This document shows, piece after piece, positions 1-9,367 of a stretch of 64,000 nt of DNA; position 1 is the stretch's first letter, and every line of letters begins with the position of its first letter. Made by a program: the position numbers and the translations under genes. The stretch comes from Candidatus Nomurabacteria bacterium (GTDB taxonomy: Bacteria > Patescibacteriota > Patescibacteriia > HK-STAS-PATE-3). Location of the stretch: positions 352,001-416,000 of the forward strand of contig CP060223.1 in NCBI GenBank assembly GCA_023898465.1. Reading direction: 5' to 3'. The notes beneath the pieces were generated by a model. That model worked only from the letters and a program-made list of their open reading frames with translations, did not search any database and was not told the DNA's origin.

Positions 1-187
1 GATCATGATTTACTCGAGTCGGGACAGCGTTGTAAAACCGCATAGTGCTGAATTTATTTATGCGGCCTTGCCAAGCAAGCAAAAGCGTCTTTATTGGGTA
101 CATGACTCCTATCATTCGCCACTTCGCTCAAATGACAAAAGTGAAGTATTTCGACTACTGACAGATTTCGTGCGTTCATTACACTAG
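1..187 (+). CDS. C-terminal fragment of a protein running in from upstream; possibly an alpha/beta-hydrolase fold
   Basis: The frame is open from the window edge and stops at 187. Only 60 aa are visible (…HDSYHSPL…), with no diagnostic motif. Confidence 0.3.
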   Translation, partial: IMIYSSRDSVVKPHSAEFIYAALPSKQKRLYWVHDSYHSPLRSNDKSEVFRLLTDFVRSLH

Positions 188-271
188 TCTTTTCCTCAGG
201 GGCAAGCTGTGATAGGATTCCTTAAGATAGCCCATTGTATCCTTAGTTTTTCTGCCCTTGCCAGCGTTTTT

Positions 272-345
272 GCGGGTATAGTACAGGGGCAGTATGCGAC
301 CTTCCCAAGGTTGAGACACGGGTTCGAATCCCGTTACCCGCTCCA
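272..345 (+). tRNA. tRNA-Gly (anticodon CCC)
   Basis: The 74-nt cloverleaf was folded by hand. Acceptor GCGGGTA pairs with TACCCGC. D-stem is GTAC/GTAT. Anticodon stem CGACC/GGTTG flanks loop TTCCCAA, giving anticodon CCC. T-arm is ACGGG-TTCGAAT-CCCGT. Discriminator T is followed by an encoded CCA. The overlapping 64-aa minus-strand ORF 179..373 is an artefact of translating this tRNA sequence. Confidence 0.85.
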
Positions 346-375
346 AGATTATTCTCATTGTAGATATCCTCACAT

Positions 376-1926
376 ATGTTACGACGAAGTATTACCTCAC
401 TCCTAGTTGCCGCAATGCTTTTTTCGCTAGTACCTGGCTTAGGTCTAGCCCAAGAGCAGAATGAAGATATGATTCGCTTGCAGCTTGATCAGGCAACGGT
501 TGAGCGGGGCTATACACTACACACCCCGTCAGACGAGCTTATCATGGGAATTTTTCCAGGTGTGGTACATCGTCCAGCTCGGGTCACTATGCGCAAAGGC
601 TTGGCAGAAGATGCTATGGAGGCGCCCGAGGGCATGCATCGCGTGAGTGAAATTTATGAGTTTGACATTTTAACTGACCCCATCCAGATTTTTGGCCGAG
701 ATGTTATTTTGGCACTTAAGTATCACTCTGATACTAATCATAAGCGCCGAGCATTTTTCTGGGACGGTAATCGCACTCGCTGGATTCCACTGAGTTCTTA
801 TGATGTGCCAGATCAGCAGCGAGTCCGTGCTTTTACGCATCTTCCGTATTCTAAAATCGCAATTTTTGAAGAAGGCGGCGTCCAAGAGGGTATAGCGAGC
901 TGGTATCGTGATAGTCAGCACCCACTTACCGCATCCTCAAATGACTATGCCCTAGGCACAAAGGTGAGGGTGACAAACATTGATAATGGTACTTCAGTCG
1001 ATGTAACCATTCGTTCACGCGGGCCCTATGTTGATGGTCGAATTATTGACTTAACCTACGATGCCTTTGATGTGATCGCCAATCCAGGGATTGGTGTTAT
1101 TCATGTGCGCGTTGAAGCGGTTGACAGTATTGCTGAGGAGCAAGGGCAAGAGCCGAGCAGCTCTGCACCTGCTATTAGCGCCAGCTCTGCCATTGTGTTT
1201 GATCCGGTAAATAATCGAGTTATCTACGAGAAGGATCAACGACAGCAGTCAATTGCAAGCATTACAAAGCTTATGACTGTCATGGTATATCTTGAGTGGC
1301 ACCGTGATCACTCCGGCGTACCCTTTGATCAGTTAAACCTTACCTACAGTGCGAGCGATAATGTTGGCTCAGGAGAAAGCTCGATTGATATGAGCTCGGG
1401 CGATGTCATTGCCGCGGACGAAGCAATGAAGGCCGTATTAATTGCTTCTGCTAATAATGTGACGAAAACTCTGGCACGCTCAACTGGTATGTCGACGAGC
1501 GAATTCGCTGCACGTATGAATGACGCTGCTCGACGCCTCGGTATGTCAAACACGCACTTTGTTGAACCAACTGGCATTGACGCAGGTAACGTCTCTACAC
1601 CGGCCGACGTTGTAAAATTGGTAAATTATATTCTCAACCGTAATGGCGTCCGATTAATGACCGTAAGTGCCTCGGATGCTATTAGTGCAAACACTGGTAC
1701 TAACCACGAAAGAATAATTACGCTTCATAGTACTAACCATATCCTCGGCAGTGGTCTACCAATTTTTGGTGGAAAAACCGGCTATCTAGGAACTGGACAC
1801 GCCTCTTTTGCTCTAAAGTTTGTTGATGGAGCAAAGCAACGTGTAGTGGTTATCTTAGGTTCAGAAAACGGAAATACGCGCAATGATGACATGTTGCGCT
1901 TAGGTCGTTGGGCAATGGAGCAATAA
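376..1926 (+). CDS. Secreted bifunctional wall enzyme: RlpA-like double-psi beta-barrel domain fused to a serine-type D-Ala-D-Ala carboxypeptidase (PBP5/S11-like)
   Basis: N-terminal signal/TM helix. The DPBB signature is IASWYRD…GTKVRVTNIDNGTSVDVTIRSRGPYVDGRIIDLTYDAF. Downstream are the SxxK motif (SITK), SxN (SAN) and KTG (KTGY) of a PBP-type DD-peptidase. Confidence 0.75.
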   Translation: MLRRSITSLLVAAMLFSLVPGLGLAQEQNEDMIRLQLDQATVERGYTLHTPSDELIMGIFPGVVHRPARVTMRKGLAEDAMEAPEGMHRVSEIYEFDILTDPIQIFGRDVILALKYHSDTNHKRRAFFWDGNRTRWIPLSSYDVPDQQRVRAFTHLPYSKIAIFEEGGVQEGIASWYRDSQHPLTASSNDYALGTKVRVTNIDNGTSVDVTIRSRGPYVDGRIIDLTYDAFDVIANPGIGVIHVRVEAVDSIAEEQGQEPSSSAPAISASSAIVFDPVNNRVIYEKDQRQQSIASITKLMTVMVYLEWHRDHSGVPFDQLNLTYSASDNVGSGESSIDMSSGDVIAADEAMKAVLIASANNVTKTLARSTGMSTSEFAARMNDAARRLGMSNTHFVEPTGIDAGNVSTPADVVKLVNYILNRNGVRLMTVSASDAISANTGTNHERIITLHSTNHILGSGLPIFGGKTGYLGTGHASFALKFVDGAKQRVVVILGSENGNTRNDDMLRLGRWAMEQ

Positions 1927-1993
1927 TAGCGCTGGACGCAAAGCTCTTCTTGGTTTACCCTAGAGAGGGAGGGGACCGGTAAGAGGGGGATTC

Positions 1994-2674
1994 ATGATTC
2001 GTTTCGAAAACGTTACAAAAATATATCCCAATGGTGGTGTAGGTATCCAGGATGTAAATTTACACATCGAGCCTGGTGAATTTGTTTCTATTGTAGGTCA
2101 ATCAGGATCAGGTAAGTCAACCATCACTAAACTTATTATTGCCGAGCTTCGCCCAACGAAAGGCAAAGTGGTTATTGGTGGTTGGGATATTACGAAAATT
2201 AGTCAATCAGAAATTCCTCTGCTTCGTCGTCAAATCGGAGTTGTTTTCCAGGATTTTAAATTACTTCCCAAACGTACATTATTTGAAAATGTTGCTTTTG
2301 CTTTAGAAGTGTCTGGTGCAAGTAGGAAGAATATTGACACCATCGTCCCTCAAGTATTTAAAATTGTTGGATTAGAGCAAAAGATGGACCGCTACCCACA
2401 TCAAGTATCAGGTGGAGAGCAGCAGCGTACTGTTATTGCTCGTTCACTTGTGCATCGTCCGAAGATATTGGTTGCTGACGAGCCAACGGGAAATCTTGAT
2501 TCAATTAACGCTCAGGAAATTATCAGCCTACTGAAGAAGATTAATGAGTTTGGGACAACTGTGCTGCTAGTGACTCACAATAGAGAAATCGTAAACACTT
2601 TACGTAAACGCGTTATTACTATTGACCAAGGCCATATGGTGATGGACCAGAAGGCCGGGAAGTATCTCCTGTAA
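1994..2674 (+). CDS. ftsE: Cell-division ABC ATPase FtsE
   Basis: Walker A GQSGSGKST, ABC signature VSGGEQQR, Walker B ILVADEPTGNLD. RBS AAGAGGGGGA upstream. Immediately followed by ftsX. Confidence 0.9.
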   Translation: MIRFENVTKIYPNGGVGIQDVNLHIEPGEFVSIVGQSGSGKSTITKLIIAELRPTKGKVVIGGWDITKISQSEIPLLRRQIGVVFQDFKLLPKRTLFENVAFALEVSGASRKNIDTIVPQVFKIVGLEQKMDRYPHQVSGGEQQRTVIARSLVHRPKILVADEPTGNLDSINAQEIISLLKKINEFGTTVLLVTHNREIVNTLRKRVITIDQGHMVMDQKAGKYLL

Positions 2675-2676
2675 GT

Positions 2677-3600
2677 ATGTCATCCGCAACCCTCTCAAGA
2701 GTATTTAAGTTCGCATTTCAAAATTTTTACCGAAATGCCTGGTTATCAGTGGTGACTATTGTCATACTTTCCTTGACTCTTTTCATGATCAGCACTCTGG
2801 TGACCGCGCAAGCATTGGGAAATCAAGCGATTAATTCCGTGCTGAGCAAAGTCGATGTTTCGATATTCTTTACCGCAAATACAAGCACCCAGCAGGTAGA
2901 GTCATTAGCTGATCAATTGCGAAATCGTCCAGAGGTGGATTCGCTTGAGGTAATTAGTGCTGATGATGCTCTGGAAAAGTTTCGAGAAGAAAACTCGGAT
3001 GATCCGGTTATCCAGGAATCAATTGAAGAGCTAGGCTTAAATCCATTAGGGCCGGTCTTGGTTTTACAGGCAAAAGATTTAGAGGATTATCCGACTATAC
3101 TTGAATTCTTTGATACCGAAAGTGTTGCCCCGCTCATTCAGGACAAAGACAGGGATTTTGCAAGTAAGCAATTAGTTATCGAGCGACTTACTGCAATTGT
3201 AAAAAATCTCCGCGAAGTTGGTTTTATTGTTGTAGCAATTTTTATCCTTATTGCCTTTTTGGTCATCTTTAACACCATCCGTATTACTATTTATACGCAC
3301 CGTGAGGAAATCGGCATCATGAAACTGGTTGGTGCTTCAAACAATTTTGTTCGCGTACCTTTCCTTATTGAAAGTGTGCTGTACGCTATCATTGCGACGA
3401 TTGTTACTGCCTTGCTTTTCTATCCTGCGGTAGTTAGTTCAACCCCGGCAATTAATAATTTCTTTACAGGGTACGATTTCTCCTTCCTTGGGTATTTCCA
3501 GGCCGAATTTTGGAAAGTAGTCTTACTGCAGCTCGGTACAGCCATCCTTTTGAGCATATTCAGTGCGGCAGTGGCTGTAGGCCGTTATTTGAAGGTTTGA
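2677..3600 (+). CDS. ftsX: Cell-division permease-like protein FtsX
   Basis: Lies 2 nt after the ftsE stop. Has an N-terminal TM helix, a periplasmic domain and three C-terminal TM helices, which is the FtsX topology. Confidence 0.8.
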   Translation: MSSATLSRVFKFAFQNFYRNAWLSVVTIVILSLTLFMISTLVTAQALGNQAINSVLSKVDVSIFFTANTSTQQVESLADQLRNRPEVDSLEVISADDALEKFREENSDDPVIQESIEELGLNPLGPVLVLQAKDLEDYPTILEFFDTESVAPLIQDKDRDFASKQLVIERLTAIVKNLREVGFIVVAIFILIAFLVIFNTIRITIYTHREEIGIMKLVGASNNFVRVPFLIESVLYAIIATIVTALLFYPAVVSSTPAINNFFTGYDFSFLGYFQAEFWKVVLLQLGTAILLSIFSAAVAVGRYLKV

Positions 3601-3603
3601 GGG

Positions 3604-3632
3604 TTGACGAAAAGGGAAAAGCGGGGTATAGT
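3604..3632 (+). promoter_or_regulatory. Sigma70-type promoter for tRNA-Gln (TTGACG-17 nt-TATAGT)
   Basis: The -35 TTGACG is at 3604-3609, the spacer is 17 nt, and the -10 TATAGT is at 3627-3632. This is about 55 nt upstream of the tRNA. Confidence 0.5.
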
Positions 3633-3686
3633 GCCTCGTCGGTTTCTGTAAAAAACCATATATTACTTGCCTAGGCATACAGACGG

Positions 3687-3760
3687 TGGGGAGTCGTCTA
3701 ATGGTAGGACACTGCCCTTTGGAGGCAGGTACGATGGTTCGAATCCATCCTCCCCAGCCA
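3687..3760 (+). tRNA. tRNA-Gln (anticodon UUG)
   Basis: The 74-nt cloverleaf was folded by hand. Acceptor TGGGGAG pairs with CTCCCCA (U1-A72). D-stem is GTCT/GGAC. Anticodon stem CTGCC/GGCAG flanks loop CTTTGGA, giving anticodon TTG. T-arm is GATGG-TTCGAAT-CCATC. Discriminator G is followed by an encoded CCA. Overall similar to the E. coli tRNA-Gln layout. Confidence 0.85.
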
Positions 3761-3831
3761 GGAAAAGGTAATCCGTATGATGCGCGATAAAATACGCATC
3801 GTCATTTCCAGATAACTCATCAAAGGACATC

Positions 3832-4746
3832 ATGGAAATCCTTGAATTCCGAAACCTAAAGTGGATCTACATCGAGCAGACATCTTATAAAGATGTTGAA
3901 TACCTCGAGGAGCATTATCGTTTCCACCCGCTCGACCTAAAAGACTGTATTGGTGTTACACAGCGTCCGAAGATTGATATCTACGACGACTATCTCTTTT
4001 TAGTATTTCATTTCCCACAATACGATCGGGAGCAGCGTCGGATTCGCGTCCAGGAATTAAACGTCTTTTTAGGTCCGGACTATTTGATTACGCTTACCAA
4101 TCAGCCAAACCCAGGTTTGAGCGAGTATTTCCAGGAATATAAGCAGAAAATTGAAGCAAACCCTAAGCCAAATCGATTGCAGAATTCATCGGCTTACTTG
4201 CTCTACAAAGTGCTGGATTTACTTTTTAGCGCTTCTCAGCCGGTCATTGATATTATTGGTGAACGACTCTCAGTGGCTGAAGAAGAAGTTTTTAGTGAGA
4301 GTAAGCGAAGTGCCACAATGGATCTCTCTATTGTCCGTAGAAATATTTTAACTTATCAACGTCTACTCGAGCCGCAGCTGCATGTTATCGATAAAATGGT
4401 GCAGCTAAAAAAGAAGTTTATTCCTGATGAGTTGTCCGTGTATTTTGATGACATTCATGACGGTTTAGAGCGCACCTGGAGCGTTTTGCATAATTACAAA
4501 GATACGGTAGAAGGATTAGATCGCACAAATGAGACTTTAATTTCGCAGCGTTTAAATGAGATTATTCGAACGCTGACGGTTATTTCCGTTGTGACTATCA
4601 TCCCAGGTCTGATAATTAATTTTTATGGCATGAACATTAGCTTGCCATTTGCCGATCGACCGAATGCCTTTTTTCTCATCTCGGGTTTCCTGTTGCTCAT
4701 CATGATTGTCACATACTACATTTTGAAGCGTCGTCGCCTTACGTAG
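3832..4746 (+). CDS. corA: CorA-family Mg2+/Co2+ transporter
   Basis: Two C-terminal TM helices with the YGMN signature (NFYGMNISLP). The long cytoplasmic N-domain is typical of CorA. Confidence 0.8.
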   Translation: MEILEFRNLKWIYIEQTSYKDVEYLEEHYRFHPLDLKDCIGVTQRPKIDIYDDYLFLVFHFPQYDREQRRIRVQELNVFLGPDYLITLTNQPNPGLSEYFQEYKQKIEANPKPNRLQNSSAYLLYKVLDLLFSASQPVIDIIGERLSVAEEEVFSESKRSATMDLSIVRRNILTYQRLLEPQLHVIDKMVQLKKKFIPDELSVYFDDIHDGLERTWSVLHNYKDTVEGLDRTNETLISQRLNEIIRTLTVISVVTIIPGLIINFYGMNISLPFADRPNAFFLISGFLLLIMIVTYYILKRRRLT

Positions 4747-4764
4747 TATTTAGTGAATGAGATT

Positions 4765-4784
4765 GGCCCGAAAGGGCCTTTTTT
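4765..4784 (+). terminator. Rho-independent terminator after corA
   Basis: Stem GGCCCGAAAGGGCC followed by TTTTTT, 19 nt after the stop. Confidence 0.6.
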
Positions 4785-4798
4785 GGTATACTTAGCTC

Positions 4799-6271
4799 AT
4801 GCAGATGACAAAAAAGGGCACCAGTTTAATTGTTGCAGGAGGGCTGGTAGCCTCTTTAGCCATTGCGCTTGTTTTGTTAGGTGCAGAGAATGAGCCTGTC
4901 TCTGGCTCGAGTGTGGGACGAGTGAGTCCCGTAAACACGCCCCAGTCAGTTGTCCTGGGACAAGAAACATTTGCCCAGAGCGCGAAGCCTTTACGGAGCA
5001 TACATTCGCATATAGTTTTGCAGGGTGACGTAGTTGATATGCCGGAGCTGGCAAAAACCGGTGCTGGCTGGTTTATGCTCTCGGGCGATCAAGCAATTGT
5101 TTGGGGTGAAATAGAAACGAGTGCTGGACAATTTCGCTGGGATGCCCTCGATGAAATAGTTGCACAGGCGCGACAAAACGGATTTCACCTAGTACTTACT
5201 ATTGCGCCGTATGCTGGTTGGGATTACGAGGCTTGCCATAGTAGCGATGAGGCCGACTTCACAACAGAGCTTCCTGAGGCATACGCTGAGCCATGTGATG
5301 TTGGCGCTTTCAGCTTCTTTGTCGACAGTCTTATTGAGCGTTACGCAGCAGATTCTTCTCAAACAGACTTACAACACATTGCCTTCTATCTTCCTAATAA
5401 GCTGACTCGTTTCTCTACGGAGTTTCATTATGCCGGCGATGCTCAGCCTTGGAATGCATTACAAAAGCTCATTCAGAATGCAGCGCAGAATCATGCAAAT
5501 GTGTTCGCTTGGGATGATTCATGGTACATACTGCCCGAAGTATCTCCAGTGTTAAATAATGAAGTTGACGCATTTAGTTCAGGTGTAGTAACGACAATCG
5601 CACGATTATTCACTGAGGGGGCTAGTAAAATTGTTATCCCTGAGCAAAATGAACAAGAGGGTCAAGCACTTCGCTCGGCTGTTCGCACTTTTATTCAAAG
5701 TGCTGATCAATTTACCAAGGTACAAAAGATTTCAGATAGCATCATTATTTTTTCTCTACCAAATAAGCTTGAACGCTGGATCGCTTGGGGAGGGGAAACG
5801 GAGCAGCAAACACTCCAAAGTTTTTTACAAGGCCAGGTACGTGTGAGCGCGGCAAATGGGACGGAAAGAATAATGAACGCAGAACAGGTGCAATTGTCAG
5901 CTAGTCCAGTTATTATTGCGCCCTTACAACAGGTAGATATCGCAAGCGAGCAATCAGACGCAAAGGTAAAAATTGAACACCTTAGCCTGGCCGCTTTAGA
6001 GCAGGGCAAGCCGAGTCAAGCAAGAACAGTTTTTTCTCTCAATGAAGATATTGTCCTAGTGGTTCGCATGCAGTCAGACATTTCAGAAAGTGTAACCGCT
6101 ACTTTTTCACTAGCCCAGCAGGATGGCGGTATTCTCGTGCCAAATTCACAGATACAGTTGATTAACGGTGAAATTGGCGTACCTAAACCCAGCGCATTAG
6201 GAAAATACATTCTGACTCTGCAGGTGAGTCAGCAGGAGGTGTACCACTTAAACTTTGAAATAGTGGAATAG
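4799..6271 (+). CDS. Hypothetical membrane-anchored exported protein; the N-terminal region resembles a TIM-barrel glycoside-hydrolase fold
   Basis: N-terminal TM helix. WGEIETSAGQFRWDALDEIVAQARQNGFHLVLTI resembles the first beta/alpha units of GH5/GH42-type hydrolases. No firm family assignment is possible. Confidence 0.45.
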   Translation: MQMTKKGTSLIVAGGLVASLAIALVLLGAENEPVSGSSVGRVSPVNTPQSVVLGQETFAQSAKPLRSIHSHIVLQGDVVDMPELAKTGAGWFMLSGDQAIVWGEIETSAGQFRWDALDEIVAQARQNGFHLVLTIAPYAGWDYEACHSSDEADFTTELPEAYAEPCDVGAFSFFVDSLIERYAADSSQTDLQHIAFYLPNKLTRFSTEFHYAGDAQPWNALQKLIQNAAQNHANVFAWDDSWYILPEVSPVLNNEVDAFSSGVVTTIARLFTEGASKIVIPEQNEQEGQALRSAVRTFIQSADQFTKVQKISDSIIIFSLPNKLERWIAWGGETEQQTLQSFLQGQVRVSAANGTERIMNAEQVQLSASPVIIAPLQQVDIASEQSDAKVKIEHLSLAALEQGKPSQARTVFSLNEDIVLVVRMQSDISESVTATFSLAQQDGGILVPNSQIQLINGEIGVPKPSALGKYILTLQVSQQEVYHLNFEIVE

Positions 6272-6272
6272 T

Positions 6273-7130
6273 ATGGTACGTGCGCCGAATTTTTCTCCAG
6301 GCCAGCCCGGGTATAAAGTGCCCGGCTACCAAGCCCAACAAAATGGTAATACTGATCACGAGCATAGTCGCTCACACTTGATTGGCCTTTTACGGGTGAA
6401 GAATTTTGTTTTTATTCTCATCATAGCATCGGCGCTATTGTGGTTTTTTGATGTGATGCTGCACCTAGGCGAGTCAGTAACTATTTGGTGGGTACTTATT
6501 GCCTCGCTAGTTGTGCAAGCACTTGGTATTTTTCTTTTTGGCGCAATTATTCGACGACCGACTGTTCTCGCCTTTGGTCTACTTTCCCTACTCGTGAGTT
6601 ATTTCTTTCTCCCTTATGTCTATCTCTCATCTTGGTTAGGTTATGTGGGAGAGTTTTTTATCCTTGGACTTGGGTTGCTAGTAGTAGCTAAGACGGACAC
6701 TTTACCTAGAAATACTGACCACGTTTTTCTTCGCTTCTGTTTTAACTTGGCTATGTACGTCATCCTTTTCTTAATTTTCTGGAATATTACCGCATTGATG
6801 TCGTCATCAATTTATCGCATACATGAAAAAGATACAGAGGCATTAAGTAAAGAAATAAGCCAGCAGTTAGCCGGAGGAGAGCGAGTCGTGGATGTGAGCT
6901 CCGGGGTGAATTTAAGCGGACGATTTTTCTTCGCTGACTTCGGCGCGAGCCAGGGGATAGAGGTGTATGACAAGAGTGGATCCTCTTACAAGCTTCCTGA
7001 TGCGAGGACTGCCTGCGTGCGTCCATACGCGTATTTACCATCCTTACAGGAAAACACTAACTGGCTCTGTCGGGTCTTAAGCACCCATTGGATTTTCTTT
7101 TACGATTACCACACAAGCTTTGGACAGTGA
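6273..7130 (+). CDS. Hypothetical polytopic membrane protein
   Basis: Starts 2 nt after the preceding stop. Has about 5 predicted TM helices followed by a soluble C-domain of roughly 120 aa. No recognised motif. Confidence 0.45.
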   Translation: MVRAPNFSPGQPGYKVPGYQAQQNGNTDHEHSRSHLIGLLRVKNFVFILIIASALLWFFDVMLHLGESVTIWWVLIASLVVQALGIFLFGAIIRRPTVLAFGLLSLLVSYFFLPYVYLSSWLGYVGEFFILGLGLLVVAKTDTLPRNTDHVFLRFCFNLAMYVILFLIFWNITALMSSSIYRIHEKDTEALSKEISQQLAGGERVVDVSSGVNLSGRFFFADFGASQGIEVYDKSGSSYKLPDARTACVRPYAYLPSLQENTNWLCRVLSTHWIFFYDYHTSFGQ

Positions 7131-7425
7131 GTTAAGAAAAACAGTTGCCAAGCGCCTTGCCACGATTGAGGATCCCGAGCTCCATGTGGATATCGTAAGT
7201 CTGGGGCTGATTTATAACATCCACATAGTTAATAAGATATGCGTAGTGAGCATGTCTTTAACCTATCCCGGTTGTCCATTAGGGCCATACTTTGAAGAAA
7301 AAGTAAGAAGTGTGTTGCATGGTTTAGAAGGTTTTACCGAAGCAAAAGCGTCTATTATTTTTCAGCCTACTTGGAAGCCGGGCATGATGGATCCTCGCTT
7401 AAGAAATGCATATCAGAGAGCCTAA
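7120..7425 (+). CDS. DUF59 / MIP18-SufT-like Fe-S assembly protein
   Basis: TTG start. ELHVDIVSLGLIYNIHIV…LTYPGCPLGPYF matches the DUF59 fold (metal-sulfur cluster biosynthesis family). Confidence 0.55.
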   Translation: MDSELRKTVAKRLATIEDPELHVDIVSLGLIYNIHIVNKICVVSMSLTYPGCPLGPYFEEKVRSVLHGLEGFTEAKASIIFQPTWKPGMMDPRLRNAYQRA

Positions 7426-7447
7426 AATGTGATATACTGCATACTAT

Positions 7448-8323
7448 ATGGTACATAAGCAAAGAAACTCACAAGCCTGGAAAGTGTTAGAAAAAGCAAA
7501 AAGAGGTCATTATGCTGTAGGAGCTTTTAATGTTTCCACGCTCCCTGCCTTAAAAGGGATACTGAACGCCGCAGCAAAACTTCACTCACCAGTTATTATT
7601 GAGGCCTCTGGGGGTGAGACAAAGTTTTTTGGAACAGCCTTATTAGCTGCGGTTATCGCGCAATTTCGTAGAGAGTATCAAATACCGATTATCTTAAACC
7701 TTGATCATTCGAAGAAATATGAATTAGCCTTAGAGGGAATTACGGCCGGCTACGATCTTATTCATTTTGATGGTTCAGAACTTGATCCAGAGGTGAACGC
7801 TGGAATCTTAAAGAAAGTGGTAACAAAGGCTCACGCGAAGGGCTTGCTTGTTGAGGGAGAACGCGAACATATTGGTGGGAGCTCAAAAGTGCATAAAGGC
7901 CAGCGCCATGTGATAGATCCAGAGAATTTAACTGACCCTAAAATAGCTCACGACTTTGTGTCAAAAACAGGTATCGACACTTTAGCTATTTCAGTTGGTG
8001 AAGCGCATGGTTTGTATCAGGGCGCTAAGCATATTGATGTACAAAGGATTCGCGCTATTCGTAAAGCAGTTCCGTGTTTCCTTTCCTTACACGGTGGCTC
8101 GGGAATACCAGGGCCCAAGATCCGCCAAGCAGTGAAAGCAGGAGTAAACAAGATAAATGTAAATTCTGAACTGCGTTTTGCTTTCACTGACGCGCTCAGT
8201 AAGGAGTTGGCAAAAAAGTCCGCCTCTATTGTGCCTTATGATTATTTGCCACCAGCCATGAATGCGGTACAGCGTGTAGTTGAGAAAAAAATTGAACTCT
8301 TTGGGAGTAAGGGAAAGGCCTAG
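7448..8323 (+). CDS. fba: Class II fructose/tagatose-bisphosphate aldolase
   Basis: AVGAFNV…LNLDHS…HFDGSEL…SLHGGSG is the class II (zinc) aldolase pattern. Confidence 0.85.
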   Translation: MVHKQRNSQAWKVLEKAKRGHYAVGAFNVSTLPALKGILNAAAKLHSPVIIEASGGETKFFGTALLAAVIAQFRREYQIPIILNLDHSKKYELALEGITAGYDLIHFDGSELDPEVNAGILKKVVTKAHAKGLLVEGEREHIGGSSKVHKGQRHVIDPENLTDPKIAHDFVSKTGIDTLAISVGEAHGLYQGAKHIDVQRIRAIRKAVPCFLSLHGGSGIPGPKIRQAVKAGVNKINVNSELRFAFTDALSKELAKKSASIVPYDYLPPAMNAVQRVVEKKIELFGSKGKA

Positions 8324-8324
8324 T

Positions 8325-9320
8325 ATGTCTACCCGGAACCTGGATATCATTACCATAGGCTCAGGTACCCGAGATGTCTTTTTAAAGAGTGCTCGTTTTA
8401 AAGTGGTTCGAGATGATCGTTTTAGTACCGGGGAGGCGGAGTGCATGGCGCTTGGTACCAAAATTGATATTCCAGATATCACCTTTGAAACCGGCGGTGG
8501 AGCAACAAACTCAGCAGTTTCGTTTGCACGTTTTGGCTATCACACTGGTATTATTACTCGAATTGGAAAAAGCGACTCGCATAGTCAAGACGTCCTCAAT
8601 ACTCTAAAAAGGGAAGGCGTAGACACTTCTACCATTATTCGTGACGCGAAGCATCAAACTGGTTATTCTACCTTACTACTTACGAGCGCTGGTGAGCGCA
8701 CAATTCTTGCACATCGCGGAGCCTCTGCTCATTTCACAACTTCTGATATTCCATGGTCAAAATTGCAAAGCAAGTGGTTATATATTACTTCCTTAGCGGG
8801 GAACATGTCCCTTTTGGGCCGGCTTCTTAACCATGCAAACAAAAAGGGCATAAAGGTAGCCTGCAATCCAGGTACGAGTGAGTTAAGTCATCCCGCCAAG
8901 AAACTTTTTCCACTCCTCCGCAAACTTGATATATTCTTCCTCAATGACCTAGAGGCAGCAGCTCTCACCGGCATGCCCCATACCGATGAGGTTGGAATGC
9001 TAAAAAAACTCGGCCGAGCTTTACCGGGTATCGTGGTGATTACAGCCGGCAAGGACGGGTCTTTCTCTTGCGATAATGAGTACCGCTTCCATTCTACTAA
9101 TCGACCTATTCGTGTTTTAGACACTACAGGTGCAGGGGATGCCTTTGGGGCCGGCTTTGTGGCCGCCTATATGAAGCGCGAGGACATTCCTTATGCCCTA
9201 AAAGTAGGCACCCTGAATGCAGAGTCGGTTATTCAGCATATAGGAGCAAAACCAGGATTATTACGCCGTTTTCCATCGGTCGAAAAAATTAGGGTTGACA
9301 AGTATCGCTTCCCAAATTAA
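8325..9320 (+). CDS. PfkB-family sugar or sugar-phosphate kinase
   Basis: The start is reset to the ATG at 8325 (RBS GGGAAAGG, 1 nt after the fba stop). Has the N-terminal GG motif and the C-terminal PfkB signature DTTGAGDAFGAGFVAA. Confidence 0.8.
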   Translation: MSTRNLDIITIGSGTRDVFLKSARFKVVRDDRFSTGEAECMALGTKIDIPDITFETGGGATNSAVSFARFGYHTGIITRIGKSDSHSQDVLNTLKREGVDTSTIIRDAKHQTGYSTLLLTSAGERTILAHRGASAHFTTSDIPWSKLQSKWLYITSLAGNMSLLGRLLNHANKKGIKVACNPGTSELSHPAKKLFPLLRKLDIFFLNDLEAAALTGMPHTDEVGMLKKLGRALPGIVVITAGKDGSFSCDNEYRFHSTNRPIRVLDTTGAGDAFGAGFVAAYMKREDIPYALKVGTLNAESVIQHIGAKPGLLRRFPSVEKIRVDKYRFPN

Positions 9321-9367
9321 GCTCCGACCGCTAGCTAGTATTCTACTTAGATTCTTGGTATTGCGTT

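Noticed and set aside
279-284. TATAGT hexamer resembling a -10 element
   Set aside because: It sits inside the tRNA-Gly D-arm, so it is coincidental sequence and not a promoter.
179-373. 64-aa minus-strand ORF
   Set aside because: It lies entirely over tRNA-Gly. The 'GFEPV' peptide is the classic artefact of translating a tRNA T-arm.
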